Shown one piece after another: positions 63,791 through 64,000 of a stretch of 64,000 nt of DNA (position 1 is its first letter; every line of letters begins with the position of its first letter). This DNA is from Lama guanicoe (lineage: Eukaryota). The notes under the pieces were generated by a model that made no database searches, was not told the origin of the DNA, and worked only from the letters and a program-made list of their open reading frames with translations. The stretch covers positions 62,001 through 126,000 of the forward strand of contig MU053504.1 in the NCBI GenBank assembly GCA_013239625.1, in the 5' to 3' direction. The position numbers and the translations under genes are program-made.

Positions 63791-64000
63791 AGTCATTCAG
63801 ATGAGATGGAAACCATACAATATCAGGTCGTGATTAGTGATATACAGAAAAATGAAGTAGGCAGGGAATGGCACCGTAGGGTTGGTGCAATTCTAGATGG
63901 TGTGGTCAGGCAGGCGTCTCTGGGAAGGGACTTTTTAGCAAAGACCTGGGTGAAGGGAGGGAGGGAGCCCTGTGGATATGGGGGGGACCACGTTCCAAGG

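Noticed and set aside
1..64000. CRISPR arrays, tRNA/rRNA genes, prokaryotic or viral coding inserts
   Set aside because: No regularly spaced repeats, structured RNA genes or compositionally foreign ORF-dense segments seen; the many MIR/L2 remnants are ordinary and not all listed

Overview
Mammalian euchromatic window, probably camelid (inferred from the young L1 3' ends and the absence of Alu, ruminant, pig or carnivore SINEs). It is syntenic with the TCF15-SRXN1-SCRT2 block. Two intact two-exon genes lie on the minus strand: SRXN1 (sulfiredoxin-1; join 26728-26513, 22490-22287; 139 aa) and SCRT2 (Scratch-2; join 48705-48573, 37978-37260; 283 aa). The rest is mostly old interspersed repeats (MIR, L2, L3, L1M, MLT1), a few younger L1 3' ends, one MER41-like solo LTR, four CpG islands and two small N gaps. 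Main observations: (1) a TSD-flanked chimeric retro-insertion (L1 3' end fused to ~260 bp of non-L1, exon-like sequence carrying an ARE core) 4 kb upstream of SRXN1; (2) an SCRT2 protein lacking the Gly/Ala linker recalled from human (net ~24 aa shorter); (3) a compact miRNA/RBP cassette and AU-rich element in the SCRT2 3' UTR; (4) a repeated inverted-ARE architecture in the SRXN1 promoter; (5) an orphan CpG island with a palindromic SOX site; (6) a near-perfect ~190-bp tandem duplication. No wholly new gene system is demonstrated. Repeat family names and ortholog comparisons are from memory and were not searched.
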